NCBI GenBank assembly: GCA_033761855.1
Contig: JANRMG010000065.1
Span: 1-42,611 of the forward strand
DNA from: Candidatus Caenarcanales bacterium
GTDB lineage: Bacteria > Cyanobacteriota > Vampirovibrionia > Caenarcaniphilales > Caenarcanaceae
Length of the DNA: 42,611 bases
Reading direction: 5' to 3'
Shown: positions 7,369-16,395 of the stretch, in pieces
Layout: every line of letters starts with the position of its first letter
How positions within the stretch are numbered: position 1 is the stretch's first letter
Made by a program: the position numbers and the translations under genes
Notes under the pieces: model-generated
Databases searched by the model: none
What the model was told of the DNA's origin: nothing
What the model saw: the letters and a program-made list of their open reading frames with translations, nothing else

Positions 7369-9492
7369 ATGGACTCAAGAATAGACAAAATTTTTAATCC
7401 CTCTTCTGTCGCGATTGTTGGTGCTAGTGAAAGACAAGAAACCGTCGGGTATGCAGTTTTAAACAACCTTCTAACAATGGGTTTTGAAGGCAAAGTTTAT
7501 CCGATAAACCCCAAGAGGGATTCAATTTTAGGACATCCTGCTTATCCTTCATTGAGCTCAGTAAAAGGGCAAATTGATTTGGCTGTAATTGCAACTCCAG
7601 CTCAGACTGTACCGGGAATAATCCATGAGTGCGGGAAGTTGGGTATTCAGTCGGTAATTATTATTTCTTCTGGCTTCGCCGAAATTGGAGAGGAAGGCAC
7701 AAAGCTCCAAGCCGAGATTGAACAGTTAAGGCAAGAATACAAAATGCGCATTATTGGCCCTAACTGTTTGGGTGTAATAAATCCTTGGATTAATTTGAAT
7801 GCCAGCTTTGCTGGAAAAATGCCTTCATACGGTAAAGTGGGTTTTATTTCTCAGAGTGGTGCTTTGTGTACTTCTATCTTGGATTGGGCTATTGCAAACA
7901 ATGTTGGTTTTAGTAATTTTGTTTCAATCGGTTCAATGATGGACATTGAGTTTGCTGATTTGATCGATTATTTCAATGATGATGAAAAAACCGAAAGCAT
8001 TATCCTTTACATCGAATCCATAAAAAAACCCGAAGAATTTATAGAAGCTGCTCGCCGCTTCACGGCTCGCCGTCCAATTTTTGCTATCAAATCGGGACGA
8101 TTTGAAGAAGGTTCTAAAGCTGCTGCTTCTCACACTGGAGCTTTGGCCGGTTCTGATGATGTTTACGAAGCTGCTCTTGAAAAGGCCGGAATCATTAGGG
8201 TTAAACGAGTTAAGGACTTGATCAACGTAGCCCAGTCTCTTTCCATGCAAGATATTCCAAAGGGTGACCGTTTATGTATTTTAACCAATGCTGGCGGTCC
8301 CGGAGTAATTGCGACTGATGCAGTGATTGAGCGTGGCGGTAAACTTGCCGAATTGTCAGACAAAACAATGGAAGCCTTGAACCAATCTCTTCCTTCTTTT
8401 TGGAGTCATGGTAATCCGGTGGATGTTCTTGGGGATGCCCGCGCAGACCGTTACGAAAAAGCAATAGATATTTGTATTCAGGATGAAAACACCGATGCCT
8501 TGATGATAATCTTTACCCCGCAGGCTATGTCTGAGCCAGTGCAGACTTCCAGAGCGGTTTCGCGTATTGCTAAAAAACACAGTAAGCCAATTTTTACTTC
8601 TTGGATGGGAGCCGATTATGTCGAAGAAGGCGTGAAGATGCTCTTGAAGTACGGAATTCCAAGTTACCAAACGCCAGAGCAGGCCATTGATGCTTTTTCT
8701 TTTATGCACAAGTATCGCAGGCTTCAAGATGTTCTTGCAAAGATTGATGCAGAGCCAGTCGATAAGAGTATTAAAGTTGACGAAAAAGTTATTAAATCTT
8801 TCAAAGACCTAATTAACAAAGTGAAAGCCTCCGGTGAAAGAAACTTTTTAAACGAAGTTGAAACCAAGGACTTGCTCGAAGAATACGGCATTCCAACTAC
8901 CAGAACCAAGCTTGCAACCAACTCTACTGAGGCTGCCCAACTTGCTAAAGAGATTGGTTTCCCGGTTGTGCTTAAAATACAATCCCCACAAATCTTGCAT
9001 AAAACTGATGCTGGCGGGGTTTTACTAAATCTTAATTCCGAAGAGGAAGTCTCGGTGGGCTTTGAGAAGATTGTAAAAAATGCCAAAGCTTATGACTCAA
9101 AGTCTTCAATCGAAGGAGTAACCGTACAGAAAATGGTTACCCTCAAAAATCCACACGAATTAATTGTCGGTTTAAAGAAAGATCCAGTTTGGGGCCCTGC
9201 AATTATTTTTGGTTCTGGTGGTGTTAACGTTGAATTGCTGCAAGACAAAACTATTACACTTTTGCCACTGAACAGATTCTCGGCTCAAAGAGCAATTGAA
9301 AGCACAAGAATTTATAAACTGCTTCAAGGATACAGAGGGCAAGAAGGCGCAAATTTAGAAAAACTAAAAACTATTTTGGTTAATTTCTCTCAACTCGTCG
9401 CAGACTTCCCCGAGATCAACGAGATTGATATAAACCCTCTTTCGATCCTCGGTGACGAAGCTTATGCTCTGGATGCTCGGGTTATTGTTTAA
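7369..9492 (+). CDS. ADP-forming acetyl/acyl-CoA synthetase (fused alpha-beta; CoA-binding, CoA-ligase and ATP-grasp domains)
   Basis: 707 aa. N-terminal CoA-binding 'VAIVGASER', 'GPNCLG' and 'SQSGAL', and a C-terminal ATP-grasp region 'FPVVLKIQSPQILHKTDAGGV'. There is no C-terminal GNAT domain. Confidence 0.85.
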   Translation: MDSRIDKIFNPSSVAIVGASERQETVGYAVLNNLLTMGFEGKVYPINPKRDSILGHPAYPSLSSVKGQIDLAVIATPAQTVPGIIHECGKLGIQSVIIISSGFAEIGEEGTKLQAEIEQLRQEYKMRIIGPNCLGVINPWINLNASFAGKMPSYGKVGFISQSGALCTSILDWAIANNVGFSNFVSIGSMMDIEFADLIDYFNDDEKTESIILYIESIKKPEEFIEAARRFTARRPIFAIKSGRFEEGSKAAASHTGALAGSDDVYEAALEKAGIIRVKRVKDLINVAQSLSMQDIPKGDRLCILTNAGGPGVIATDAVIERGGKLAELSDKTMEALNQSLPSFWSHGNPVDVLGDARADRYEKAIDICIQDENTDALMIIFTPQAMSEPVQTSRAVSRIAKKHSKPIFTSWMGADYVEEGVKMLLKYGIPSYQTPEQAIDAFSFMHKYRRLQDVLAKIDAEPVDKSIKVDEKVIKSFKDLINKVKASGERNFLNEVETKDLLEEYGIPTTRTKLATNSTEAAQLAKEIGFPVVLKIQSPQILHKTDAGGVLLNLNSEEEVSVGFEKIVKNAKAYDSKSSIEGVTVQKMVTLKNPHELIVGLKKDPVWGPAIIFGSGGVNVELLQDKTITLLPLNRFSAQRAIESTRIYKLLQGYRGQEGANLEKLKTILVNFSQLVADFPEINEIDINPLSILGDEAYALDARVIV

Positions 9493-9526
9493 GAACCCCC
9501 CATCCCAACCTTCCCCCAGAGGGAAT

Positions 9527-9553
9527 GAAGCTGGCCGAAAGCCTCTCGGCTTC
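9527..9553 (+). other. Stable stem-loop with a GAAA-type loop 3' of the acyl-CoA synthetase gene
   Basis: GAAGCUGGC-CGAAA-GCC-UCUC-GGCUUC. No U-tract follows. It is embedded between a C-rich arm (CCTTCC, 9509) and a G-rich arm (GGAAGG, 9589). Confidence 0.5.
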
Positions 9554-9725
9554 CGTCAAGCAACCCGTGCTCACGCACAATTAAAGGAGGAAGGAGTCAG
9601 ATAAGTAACTTTTTCCTTTAGGAGAGAGGTTCGGGTAATGAAAAATCAACGAGTTTTAAACGTCTTGATAGAATTGAGTTGAATATAGATTAAATATTTT
9701 TTTAAGATACCAATTTAATTTTGCT

Positions 9726-11174
9726 TTGATGTTTGCCAAAATCAATCCGAGTAAAACTTTTAATTCGAATACTCTTTCTGCTTATTCATCGAGCGTCAAT
9801 ATTGGAATATTAAATTCTGGAAATGCTACAGTCGTTTCTTCGATTCTGTCTTCAGCGCTTCCACCGGGGATTTCGGTTTTGGATTTAAATGAGCTAAAAA
9901 AAGCTCCCGATTTCGATAATAAAGCTGCTTCTCTTCAAAAACAGTTGAGTGTAAAAAAGTTTTTAAAAATTCTCTTTGAGCTTGCAATGGCCTTTGCTGG
10001 TTATAAAATCATGCCAACTTTAAAGTCAAAAGTCTCAGACACAAACTTAGTTTCGGGCGTTTCAGGCTTAAAAGAAAAATACATTAATCCTAAATCCCAA
10101 AATCTTAATGAGCAGGCTGAGACTTTCTTTGGATTCAAGATTGATTTAAGCAACCCTTTTGATGTAATAAAACAATTCATTGGTCTTGATTTGAATAATT
10201 CTGTGGTTGGTTTGATTGGTGGCTATGGTTTGGGTGCGCTGCTGGTTAGATTATTTGATAATTTGACAAAAAATATAAATTTACCCTCTTCTGAAACTTC
10301 TTTTCCAGAGAAGAAAGTATTGAAGAAAAGCTTCTTTGATAAGTTTGTTGATTTTTCAATTAAATTAATCTCTTCGCTTACAGTTGCTAATTGGGTACAT
10401 TCAAAAATTAAAAATCCCTTTGTTGAATTTGGGGCTTTAGTTTTGGGTTATGGAATTGGTGAAGGAATAGCTCTTTTCGATGAGTTTTTAAAAAATAAAA
10501 TATACCAAAGTCTTGGCCCGCCGTTAGAAAAGCTTACCGGTACAAAGCTTAAGGAAGAAGATGATCCTAAACAAGAATGGAATTTTGCGGCTTCACTTGC
10601 CAGATCTATTGCTTTGGCGATTTTGGTTTTTATAAAATATATTGTCTTTTTACCAAAGAAAAAATTTCTTTTTTACCAAGCTCAGTATGAGCCTTTAAAG
10701 AAAACAAAGAACGATTTTCTTCTTTCAACCAATAACCATTTAAAGCTACAAGTTGTACCAAGTGCAAATATAAAACCCGCAAAATTTGACCCGGAGGCTA
10801 TTCCCTCGCAGAATATTGAATATACTTATGAATGGCTTGATTCAATCTCTGCAGCTATTAAGCAAGAGAAAAAAGAAAAGCTTTCTCTAGTTAGATTTTT
10901 TTCTAATGCTTACTTAAAACATCTGAAGATGGTTATGAATACAGTACGTTCGCCTAAATTTACTGAAGTGGCTTCCAGAGAGTCTTCTTCAACTAGAGAT
11001 AAGACTGTGGCTTTGATTCAGGATTCAGGCCGAAATATTTTATATAAGTTTCCTTTAAGTTTTTTGATTGTTTTTTACGGAACAGCCGCAGAATTTGTTT
11101 TGCATTTGTTAAACCCTCTTTGGGACTCGCTTAAATCTTTGTTTAAGAAACCTTTTTCCCAGAGTGTTTCTTGA
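9726..11174 (+). CDS. Hypothetical multi-pass membrane protein
   Basis: 482-aa ORF with several hydrophobic segments and a Ser/Thr/Asn-rich N-terminus. No family is recognised. The likely start is the ATG at 9729. Confidence 0.6.
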   Translation: MMFAKINPSKTFNSNTLSAYSSSVNIGILNSGNATVVSSILSSALPPGISVLDLNELKKAPDFDNKAASLQKQLSVKKFLKILFELAMAFAGYKIMPTLKSKVSDTNLVSGVSGLKEKYINPKSQNLNEQAETFFGFKIDLSNPFDVIKQFIGLDLNNSVVGLIGGYGLGALLVRLFDNLTKNINLPSSETSFPEKKVLKKSFFDKFVDFSIKLISSLTVANWVHSKIKNPFVEFGALVLGYGIGEGIALFDEFLKNKIYQSLGPPLEKLTGTKLKEEDDPKQEWNFAASLARSIALAILVFIKYIVFLPKKKFLFYQAQYEPLKKTKNDFLLSTNNHLKLQVVPSANIKPAKFDPEAIPSQNIEYTYEWLDSISAAIKQEKKEKLSLVRFFSNAYLKHLKMVMNTVRSPKFTEVASRESSSTRDKTVALIQDSGRNILYKFPLSFLIVFYGTAAEFVLHLLNPLWDSLKSLFKKPFSQSVS

Positions 11175-11208
11175 GATTGGATAGAATTCCTTAGATTTAT
11201 CCATCGTC

Positions 11209-11229
11209 ATTCCGAGCTTGTCTCGGAAT
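11209..11229. repeat. 8-bp stem / 5-nt loop hairpin, related to 2204..2224
   Basis: ATTCCGAG-CTTGT-CTCGGAAT, midway between convergent stops at 11174 and 11263. Confidence 0.7.
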
Positions 11230-11262
11230 CTTAATTTTAACGTGAGGACTAGATGACGTTTG

Positions 11263-12153
11263 TTAGTTGTTGGTTTGTCTAAACCCCAAAGCTAAAGAAC
11301 CCAAAGAACCCGCACGGTCACCGAGGGCTGGATGAATGATGTAGTTATCTAAATTCTCTATAATTTCTTTAGTTTTTATGTAGCCGTTGAGAAGCTCTTT
11401 GGTTTTGCTTCTTACTTTCTCTAGCAAACCTTCTGTCTTTGCAACTCCGCCTCCCATGATAATTCTCTGTGGCGAGAGTAGACAAACAATATTTACTAAT
11501 CCACAGGCCAAATAGTAAGCCTCAAGCTCATAAGCAGGATGATCTGGTGGAATCTCTGTAGCTTTAATTTTCCATCTCTCTTCGATCGCTGTTCCAGAGG
11601 CCATTCCCTCTAGGCAGTTTTTATGGAAGGGACAGCAACCCTCGAAGCTATCGTCTTTGTGTATTGGAACTTTAATGTGTCCCATTTCGGTGTGAAGCAT
11701 TCCATGAATTAATTTACTATTAGACATTGCGCCTCCCCCAATGCCAGTCCCCACTGTTAGAAAAACTATATCATCTAGGTTTTGCCCCGCTCCCCATTGC
11801 TTTTCGCCCATTAAAGCGGCATTTACGTCTGTGTCAAAACTGATTGGGACTTTAAATTCTTCTTTTAAAAGACCAACAATATTTGTATCTTGCCAACCCT
11901 CTTTGGGGGTAGAGGTTATGTAACCGTAAGTCCCAGAGGCGGGATTCAAGTCTAGAGGGCCAAAACATCCAACACCAATGGCTGCAAGATCATAAGATTG
12001 TGTTTCTTTTTTTATAAAATCTATAACTTTTTGTAATGTCTCTTTCGGAGAGGTTGTTGGAATTACAATTTCTTTTTTTATATCTTGTGGTGAAGAGCCA
12101 AATAGGCAGTTAAATTTAGTTCCACCACCTTCGATTCCTGCAAATACTTTCAT
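11263..12153 (-). CDS. ROK-family sugar kinase (fructokinase-like)
   Basis: 'GIEGGGTKF' N-terminal ATP motif, 'GTGIGGG', and a Zn-site-like 'CCPFHKNCLEGMASG'. Confidence 0.85.
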   Translation of the reverse strand: MKVFAGIEGGGTKFNCLFGSSPQDIKKEIVIPTTSPKETLQKVIDFIKKETQSYDLAAIGVGCFGPLDLNPASGTYGYITSTPKEGWQDTNIVGLLKEEFKVPISFDTDVNAALMGEKQWGAGQNLDDIVFLTVGTGIGGGAMSNSKLIHGMLHTEMGHIKVPIHKDDSFEGCCPFHKNCLEGMASGTAIEERWKIKATEIPPDHPAYELEAYYLACGLVNIVCLLSPQRIIMGGGVAKTEGLLEKVRSKTKELLNGYIKTKEIIENLDNYIIHPALGDRAGSLGSLALGFRQTNN

Positions 12154-12268
12154 GTGTAAAAATAAACCCTTAAATGTTTTTAAAGGTTAAATTACATTTT
12201 AAATTTTCGGCAAATTGTTTTTTTAATACTAATTTTCAATTTAAAAATAATTTCTTTGAACTCTGTTT

Positions 12269-12562
12269 TTAACTATTATCTTCGAGTGAAAGACCGCTTC
12301 TAATCGAAGCGATACTACTGTCATTTGCAAACGGGCTAAATCCACTTCCGGATGAGCCTGAAGAGCCAGATGAACCTGAATTACTTGAAAAGGTGTCACT
12401 TAGTAAGCTTCCTAAATTTTGACTCGTTCCAGAAGAACCACTACTAACGTCGCTCGGCAACTCAGATAGCATTGATTGCATGCTGTCAATTTTTTGACCC
12501 TGCATTTGTTGTATTGCCGAAAGTGGATCAAATTCAGAACCGCCGATAGAGCCCATCCCCAT
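12269..12562 (-). CDS. Ser/Gly-rich, probably disordered small protein
   Basis: 97-aa ORF with (SGS)n low complexity. No family is recognised. Confidence 0.4.
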   Translation of the reverse strand: MGMGSIGGSEFDPLSAIQQMQGQKIDSMQSMLSELPSDVSSGSSGTSQNLGSLLSDTFSSNSGSSGSSGSSGSGFSPFANDSSIASIRSGLSLEDNS

Positions 12563-12636
12563 TGTTAAATTACCTGCCTAATAGTAATTACTGCTTGCTA
12601 TAAATCACCAATATTACATACCCTTTTTGATGAAGT

Positions 12637-13704
12637 TTATGTTGTTAAAGATTTACGATTAGGGTTTAAACTCCATTCAACCTCTTTTCTTGTCCACAAG
12701 ACGGCATCCAGGATGTAATGATGAAAAGTAATGGCAAGTGAATACCCTAAAGCTATTGCATTAATTTGCATTGTTCTTATTCCAAGGTTGAGAGCCGGCA
12801 AAACCAAACTAAGTGTAATTAAAATAATAAGGTAGTTTGTCCAATTCTCTTTATTAAAGAGGTTACTCCAAAAAGTATTTTCAATAAATCCTCTGTTGGC
12901 TTTCTCCTCTTGGTGCTTTTTAACGAAGCTAATATACTGCGTACAATGCCAGAACGAAGCCGCAATTATTCCAATGTCTGTTGGTAAGAGGCCAAAGAAG
13001 CAAATAAAAACAAAGCTTTGTGTAAACCAATGTGTGATAAATGCCCATTGAACAATTTTATGTTTATAAAATATTTGTATTTGTCTGCTAATAAAGAAGG
13101 CTGCTACAAGAAAGACACCAATCAAAATTGCAAATACCAATGGAAGAGGCAAGTGCAAAGAGCGAATTGGAATGCCTTCATAATAGTCTCCAGCAACATT
13201 GGATTTTAAGCAAATACCGAGGACAGCTACGCTCCAGAGGGCAATATCGTTAAGTTTGTAATCAAAATTTTCCAGCGTTTGGATTTGCGCCCGCCTCTGA
13301 AATTGTCTTCCTAAACCAAAGCTCTGGCGGGCGTGATGCCACCATTGCCAGTAAAAATAGACGCTTCCTAAGACCCAAATAAAACTGCTTCCAAAGGAGT
13401 AAACAAAGCAACAAAGAACTGCTAAAAGTAAAAGAGGCGTATAAATTGTGTAAAACTTGTTGCGCTCTATTTCAGCCTTTTCTGTATAAGCCTTAAGGTA
13501 ACTAGAGACTAAATGCGGGTTAGCGAAGAATATTCCTTCGAATAAAAGTAAGGATTTGTAATCAATTAATCCATTTTGAAGTAAAGAATAAGCTGGTGCA
13601 AAGAGCAAAACGCCAAAGCCACCCATTTTAAATAAAAAATCTTCTGGGCTTACGGTGTTGCTACTTGCTTTGCTAATAGAGGGTTGGACTAAAGAAATAT
13701 TCAT
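12637..13704 (-). CDS. Polytopic membrane protein with paired-His motifs (unknown family)
   Basis: 355 aa with about 9 hydrophobic segments. Motifs 'WWHHARQSFG', 'FWHCTQY' and 'TFHHYILD' suggest a membrane metal site. Confidence 0.6.
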   Translation of the reverse strand: MNISLVQPSISKASSNTVSPEDFLFKMGGFGVLLFAPAYSLLQNGLIDYKSLLLFEGIFFANPHLVSSYLKAYTEKAEIERNKFYTIYTPLLLLAVLCCFVYSFGSSFIWVLGSVYFYWQWWHHARQSFGLGRQFQRRAQIQTLENFDYKLNDIALWSVAVLGICLKSNVAGDYYEGIPIRSLHLPLPLVFAILIGVFLVAAFFISRQIQIFYKHKIVQWAFITHWFTQSFVFICFFGLLPTDIGIIAASFWHCTQYISFVKKHQEEKANRGFIENTFWSNLFNKENWTNYLIILITLSLVLPALNLGIRTMQINAIALGYSLAITFHHYILDAVLWTRKEVEWSLNPNRKSLTT

Positions 13705-13729
13705 ATTTTACTAATTTGCATATTCCCTT

Positions 13730-13758
13730 TTGCACTTGGAAAATATAATGATTAATAT
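13730..13758 (+). promoter_or_regulatory. Candidate sigma-70 promoter for aroF
   Basis: TTGCAC-N17-TAATAT. Such matches occur by chance in AT-rich DNA. Confidence 0.3.
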
Positions 13759-13844
13759 TTTTCCCGGATTTTTTGGATTTGGAGAGGGGACGAGTTATCA
13801 TAAAAGCTATTATGTTTTTCTATAAATAAATCCAGGAGATATTT

Positions 13845-14888
13845 ATGATCGTGATCATGGAGCCCAACGCTTCTCAAGAGCAAATAAACAAGGTTGTTGA
13901 GAAAGCTAAAGAACTTGGATTCCAAGCCATTATAAACAAAGGCAAAATACAAACGGTGGTTGCTTTAATTGGTGATGAAACAAAAATTGCTGGCCCGGAT
14001 TTATTTGAAGAGATTACCGGTGTGAGAGCGGTAGAAAGAGTGCAAGTGCCATTTCGTTTAGCAAGTAGAACTACCCAATATGCTGATTCAGCTATTGAAG
14101 TCGCTCCTGGAGTGATTATAGGTGGCAATGAAGATTTAATTGTAATGGCTGGTCCTTGTTCGGTAGAGACTGAAGAAGGGATTATGCAAACTGCCAAAGC
14201 TGCTAAAGCGGCTGGCGCCAAAATTTTAAGAGGCGGAGCTTATAAACCTAGAACTGCTCCCAGGACTTTTGAAGGTCTTGGTGAATTGGGTCTTAAGCTT
14301 TTAAAACAAGCTAAACAAGAAACAGGGCTTCCAATCGTAACCGAGATCATGGATATCCGTGATTTGGACGTTGTTTGCGAAAACGCCGATATTTTGCAGG
14401 TTGGTGCGAGAAATATGCAAAATTTCTCTATGCTTAACGATTTAGGTAAGGTGGATAAGCCAATCTTATTAAAACGTGGAATGTCTTCTACTATTGATGA
14501 ATGGCTTTTAGCGGCAGAACGAATTATGCACCATGGCAACAGTAAAGTTATTCTCTGCGAGCGTGGAATCAGAACTTTCGATTCTAAATATACTCGTAAC
14601 TGCCTTGACGTATCGGCTGTACCAGCGGTTAAAAAATTAAGTCATCTTCCAATTATTGTTGATCCCTCTCACGGTACCGGTAAAAAAGCCTTAGTTGCTT
14701 CTATGGCTATGGCTGGTATCGCTGCCGGAGCTGATGGATTGATGATTGAAATTCACCCAGACCCTGAGAATGCTCTTTCGGATGGGCCACAAAGTTTAAC
14801 CTTTGAGCAGTTTGCTCCTTTAATGGATGATTTGAGAGAGCTTAGAGCTTTTATGTTTAAGTTGAATAAGGCTAAAGCCTTAGCTTAA
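13845..14888 (+). CDS. aroF: 3-deoxy-7-phosphoheptulonate (DAHP) synthase, type I-beta with an N-terminal regulatory extension
   Basis: 'KPRTAPRTFEGLG' and 'IIVDPSHGTG' motifs in a 347-aa ORF, preceded by the SD CAGGAGA. Confidence 0.9.
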   Translation: MIVIMEPNASQEQINKVVEKAKELGFQAIINKGKIQTVVALIGDETKIAGPDLFEEITGVRAVERVQVPFRLASRTTQYADSAIEVAPGVIIGGNEDLIVMAGPCSVETEEGIMQTAKAAKAAGAKILRGGAYKPRTAPRTFEGLGELGLKLLKQAKQETGLPIVTEIMDIRDLDVVCENADILQVGARNMQNFSMLNDLGKVDKPILLKRGMSSTIDEWLLAAERIMHHGNSKVILCERGIRTFDSKYTRNCLDVSAVPAVKKLSHLPIIVDPSHGTGKKALVASMAMAGIAAGADGLMIEIHPDPENALSDGPQSLTFEQFAPLMDDLRELRAFMFKLNKAKALA

Positions 14889-14889
14889 A

Positions 14890-15558
14890 TTGTTAAATCA
14901 TTCAATTAGTCAGCAAATTGGAAACTTTACGCTTAATATTTCTACTTTTTTGTATTTGGTTTATTTGCTGCCACAACTCTTTCATAATCGCCTAGTTGAG
15001 CATATAAAAAAGCTAAGCCTTTTAACTCATTCAATTCTTTTTTCAGCTTATATTCTTGATTTGGTTTATGCTTTCGGCCGTTCTATGCCTTGGCAGTACA
15101 AGTTAGTTAGCTGTATTGGTTTAGTTTGCCTATTAGTTCAGCACTTTCAGTTCTTGCATTTCTCGTCTGCTTTGCCCACAATTGATCGGAAAGTTCTTAA
15201 AGCTTTAACTTTTCTTTTTCTAATTGGGTTAGCTGTCGGAATTTATTTAGTTTGTTCAAATCAACTGTCAAAATCCACTTTAGTATTGTTAGGCTCCATT
15301 TCGCAGATTGGATGGTTAACTTACGTTTTTCCTCAAATATATAAAAATTATGTTCTTAAGTCTGGAGAAGGTCTGAGTCTTTATTTTATTTTGTTTATTT
15401 TGCTAATTACTCTTTGCGACACTCTTTCGGCCTGGTTTTTAGATTGGGATTTGCCAAATAAAATTGGTTCTCCGCTTTCATTCGGTGTTAAATTGATTTT
15501 GTTGTTGCAATTTTTCAAATATTCAAGTAAGTCTTCAGAGCAAAAATTAAGTTACTAG
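14890..15558 (+). CDS. PQ-loop repeat membrane protein (7-TM)
   Basis: Two PQ motifs at the start of hydrophobic repeats ('LLPQLFHN' and 'VFPQIYKNY'). TTG start 2 nt after the aroF stop. Confidence 0.55.
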   Translation: MLNHSISQQIGNFTLNISTFLYLVYLLPQLFHNRLVEHIKKLSLLTHSILFSAYILDLVYAFGRSMPWQYKLVSCIGLVCLLVQHFQFLHFSSALPTIDRKVLKALTFLFLIGLAVGIYLVCSNQLSKSTLVLLGSISQIGWLTYVFPQIYKNYVLKSGEGLSLYFILFILLITLCDTLSAWFLDWDLPNKIGSPLSFGVKLILLLQFFKYSSKSSEQKLSY

Positions 15559-15577
15559 TTTGCTGTAAATGACATTT

Positions 15578-16321
15578 TTATCTGACTGGAATATTGATAT
15601 TTATCGCATTGCTCCATTTAGGACTTATTATATTGAATGTTTTAGCCAGTCCATGTCTTTCAAAAGTGTTGGTAAAAAACTCGTCTTGAATTCTTAAGAA
15701 ATAGTATCCTCTTGACTCCTCTGTTACTTCTATTCCATGAGCTCTGCTAATTCTATTGCTCTTAAAGTAATTACTAAGTAAAGTGTAAGTACTTCTATCT
15801 ATCTGGAATAAAGTTTCAGCGCCACCTTTCCAAGTGTAATCATCATTAATTTTATATTTTACATTTACTGCCTTTCCATTCTCAACTGTGATTTGAGCTT
15901 GAACAAGGGCTGAACCAAAAGCTGAATAATAATCAGATTCAGCAGGAAAATTTGATATGAATGCTACTGGTTGGAATTCGCTAGTATAAGTACCATTTCT
16001 ACCGTTTGCTTTAGCTTTATTAAGGGCTGACATTAAAGCGGGGTTGTGAGGTGTAGCTATTGAGTATCCTCCATCTCTTTTGTGGACAGCTTCCATTATT
16101 CTTGTAATTTCTTCTTGTGTAAGAGAAATCTCTTTAACACTACTTTGAAAATAATTTCTGAGAAATCTAGCAGACATTGGTCTTACCACACCTGCTATAT
16201 TATTTATTCCTAATATATGACTCTTTAACACTATGGCTTGTTCCTTACTAATTGTTCCGTTGTTTGAGGCTTGAATTTGAGGAACTGAAGAAATAATGTT
16301 TCCGCTGGCTGGTATCATCAT
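15578..16321 (-). CDS. Hypothetical soluble protein, second gene of the TPP-riboswitch unit
   Basis: 247-aa ORF, 74 nt downstream of the preceding gene with no obvious terminator between them. No family is recognised. Confidence 0.65.
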   Translation of the reverse strand: MMIPASGNIISSVPQIQASNNGTISKEQAIVLKSHILGINNIAGVVRPMSARFLRNYFQSSVKEISLTQEEITRIMEAVHKRDGGYSIATPHNPALMSALNKAKANGRNGTYTSEFQPVAFISNFPAESDYYSAFGSALVQAQITVENGKAVNVKYKINDDYTWKGGAETLFQIDRSTYTLLSNYFKSNRISRAHGIEVTEESRGYYFLRIQDEFFTNTFERHGLAKTFNIISPKWSNAININIPVR

Positions 16322-16395
16322 TTGAAACTTTAAGAATTTAGTATTTTATAGACCAAGTTAACCCTAAATTTTTTAAGATTAAATTGTCTTGTTTT

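Noticed and set aside
9600-9640. AGAGGTTCGGG, which resembles the 5' half of a preQ1-I aptamer. I also considered a GEMM-like GAAA hairpin at 9527..9553.
   Set aside because: The matching CCCUCU and A-rich tail of preQ1-I are absent, as are the GEMM conserved ACGCA/GGC cores. The resemblance is superficial.
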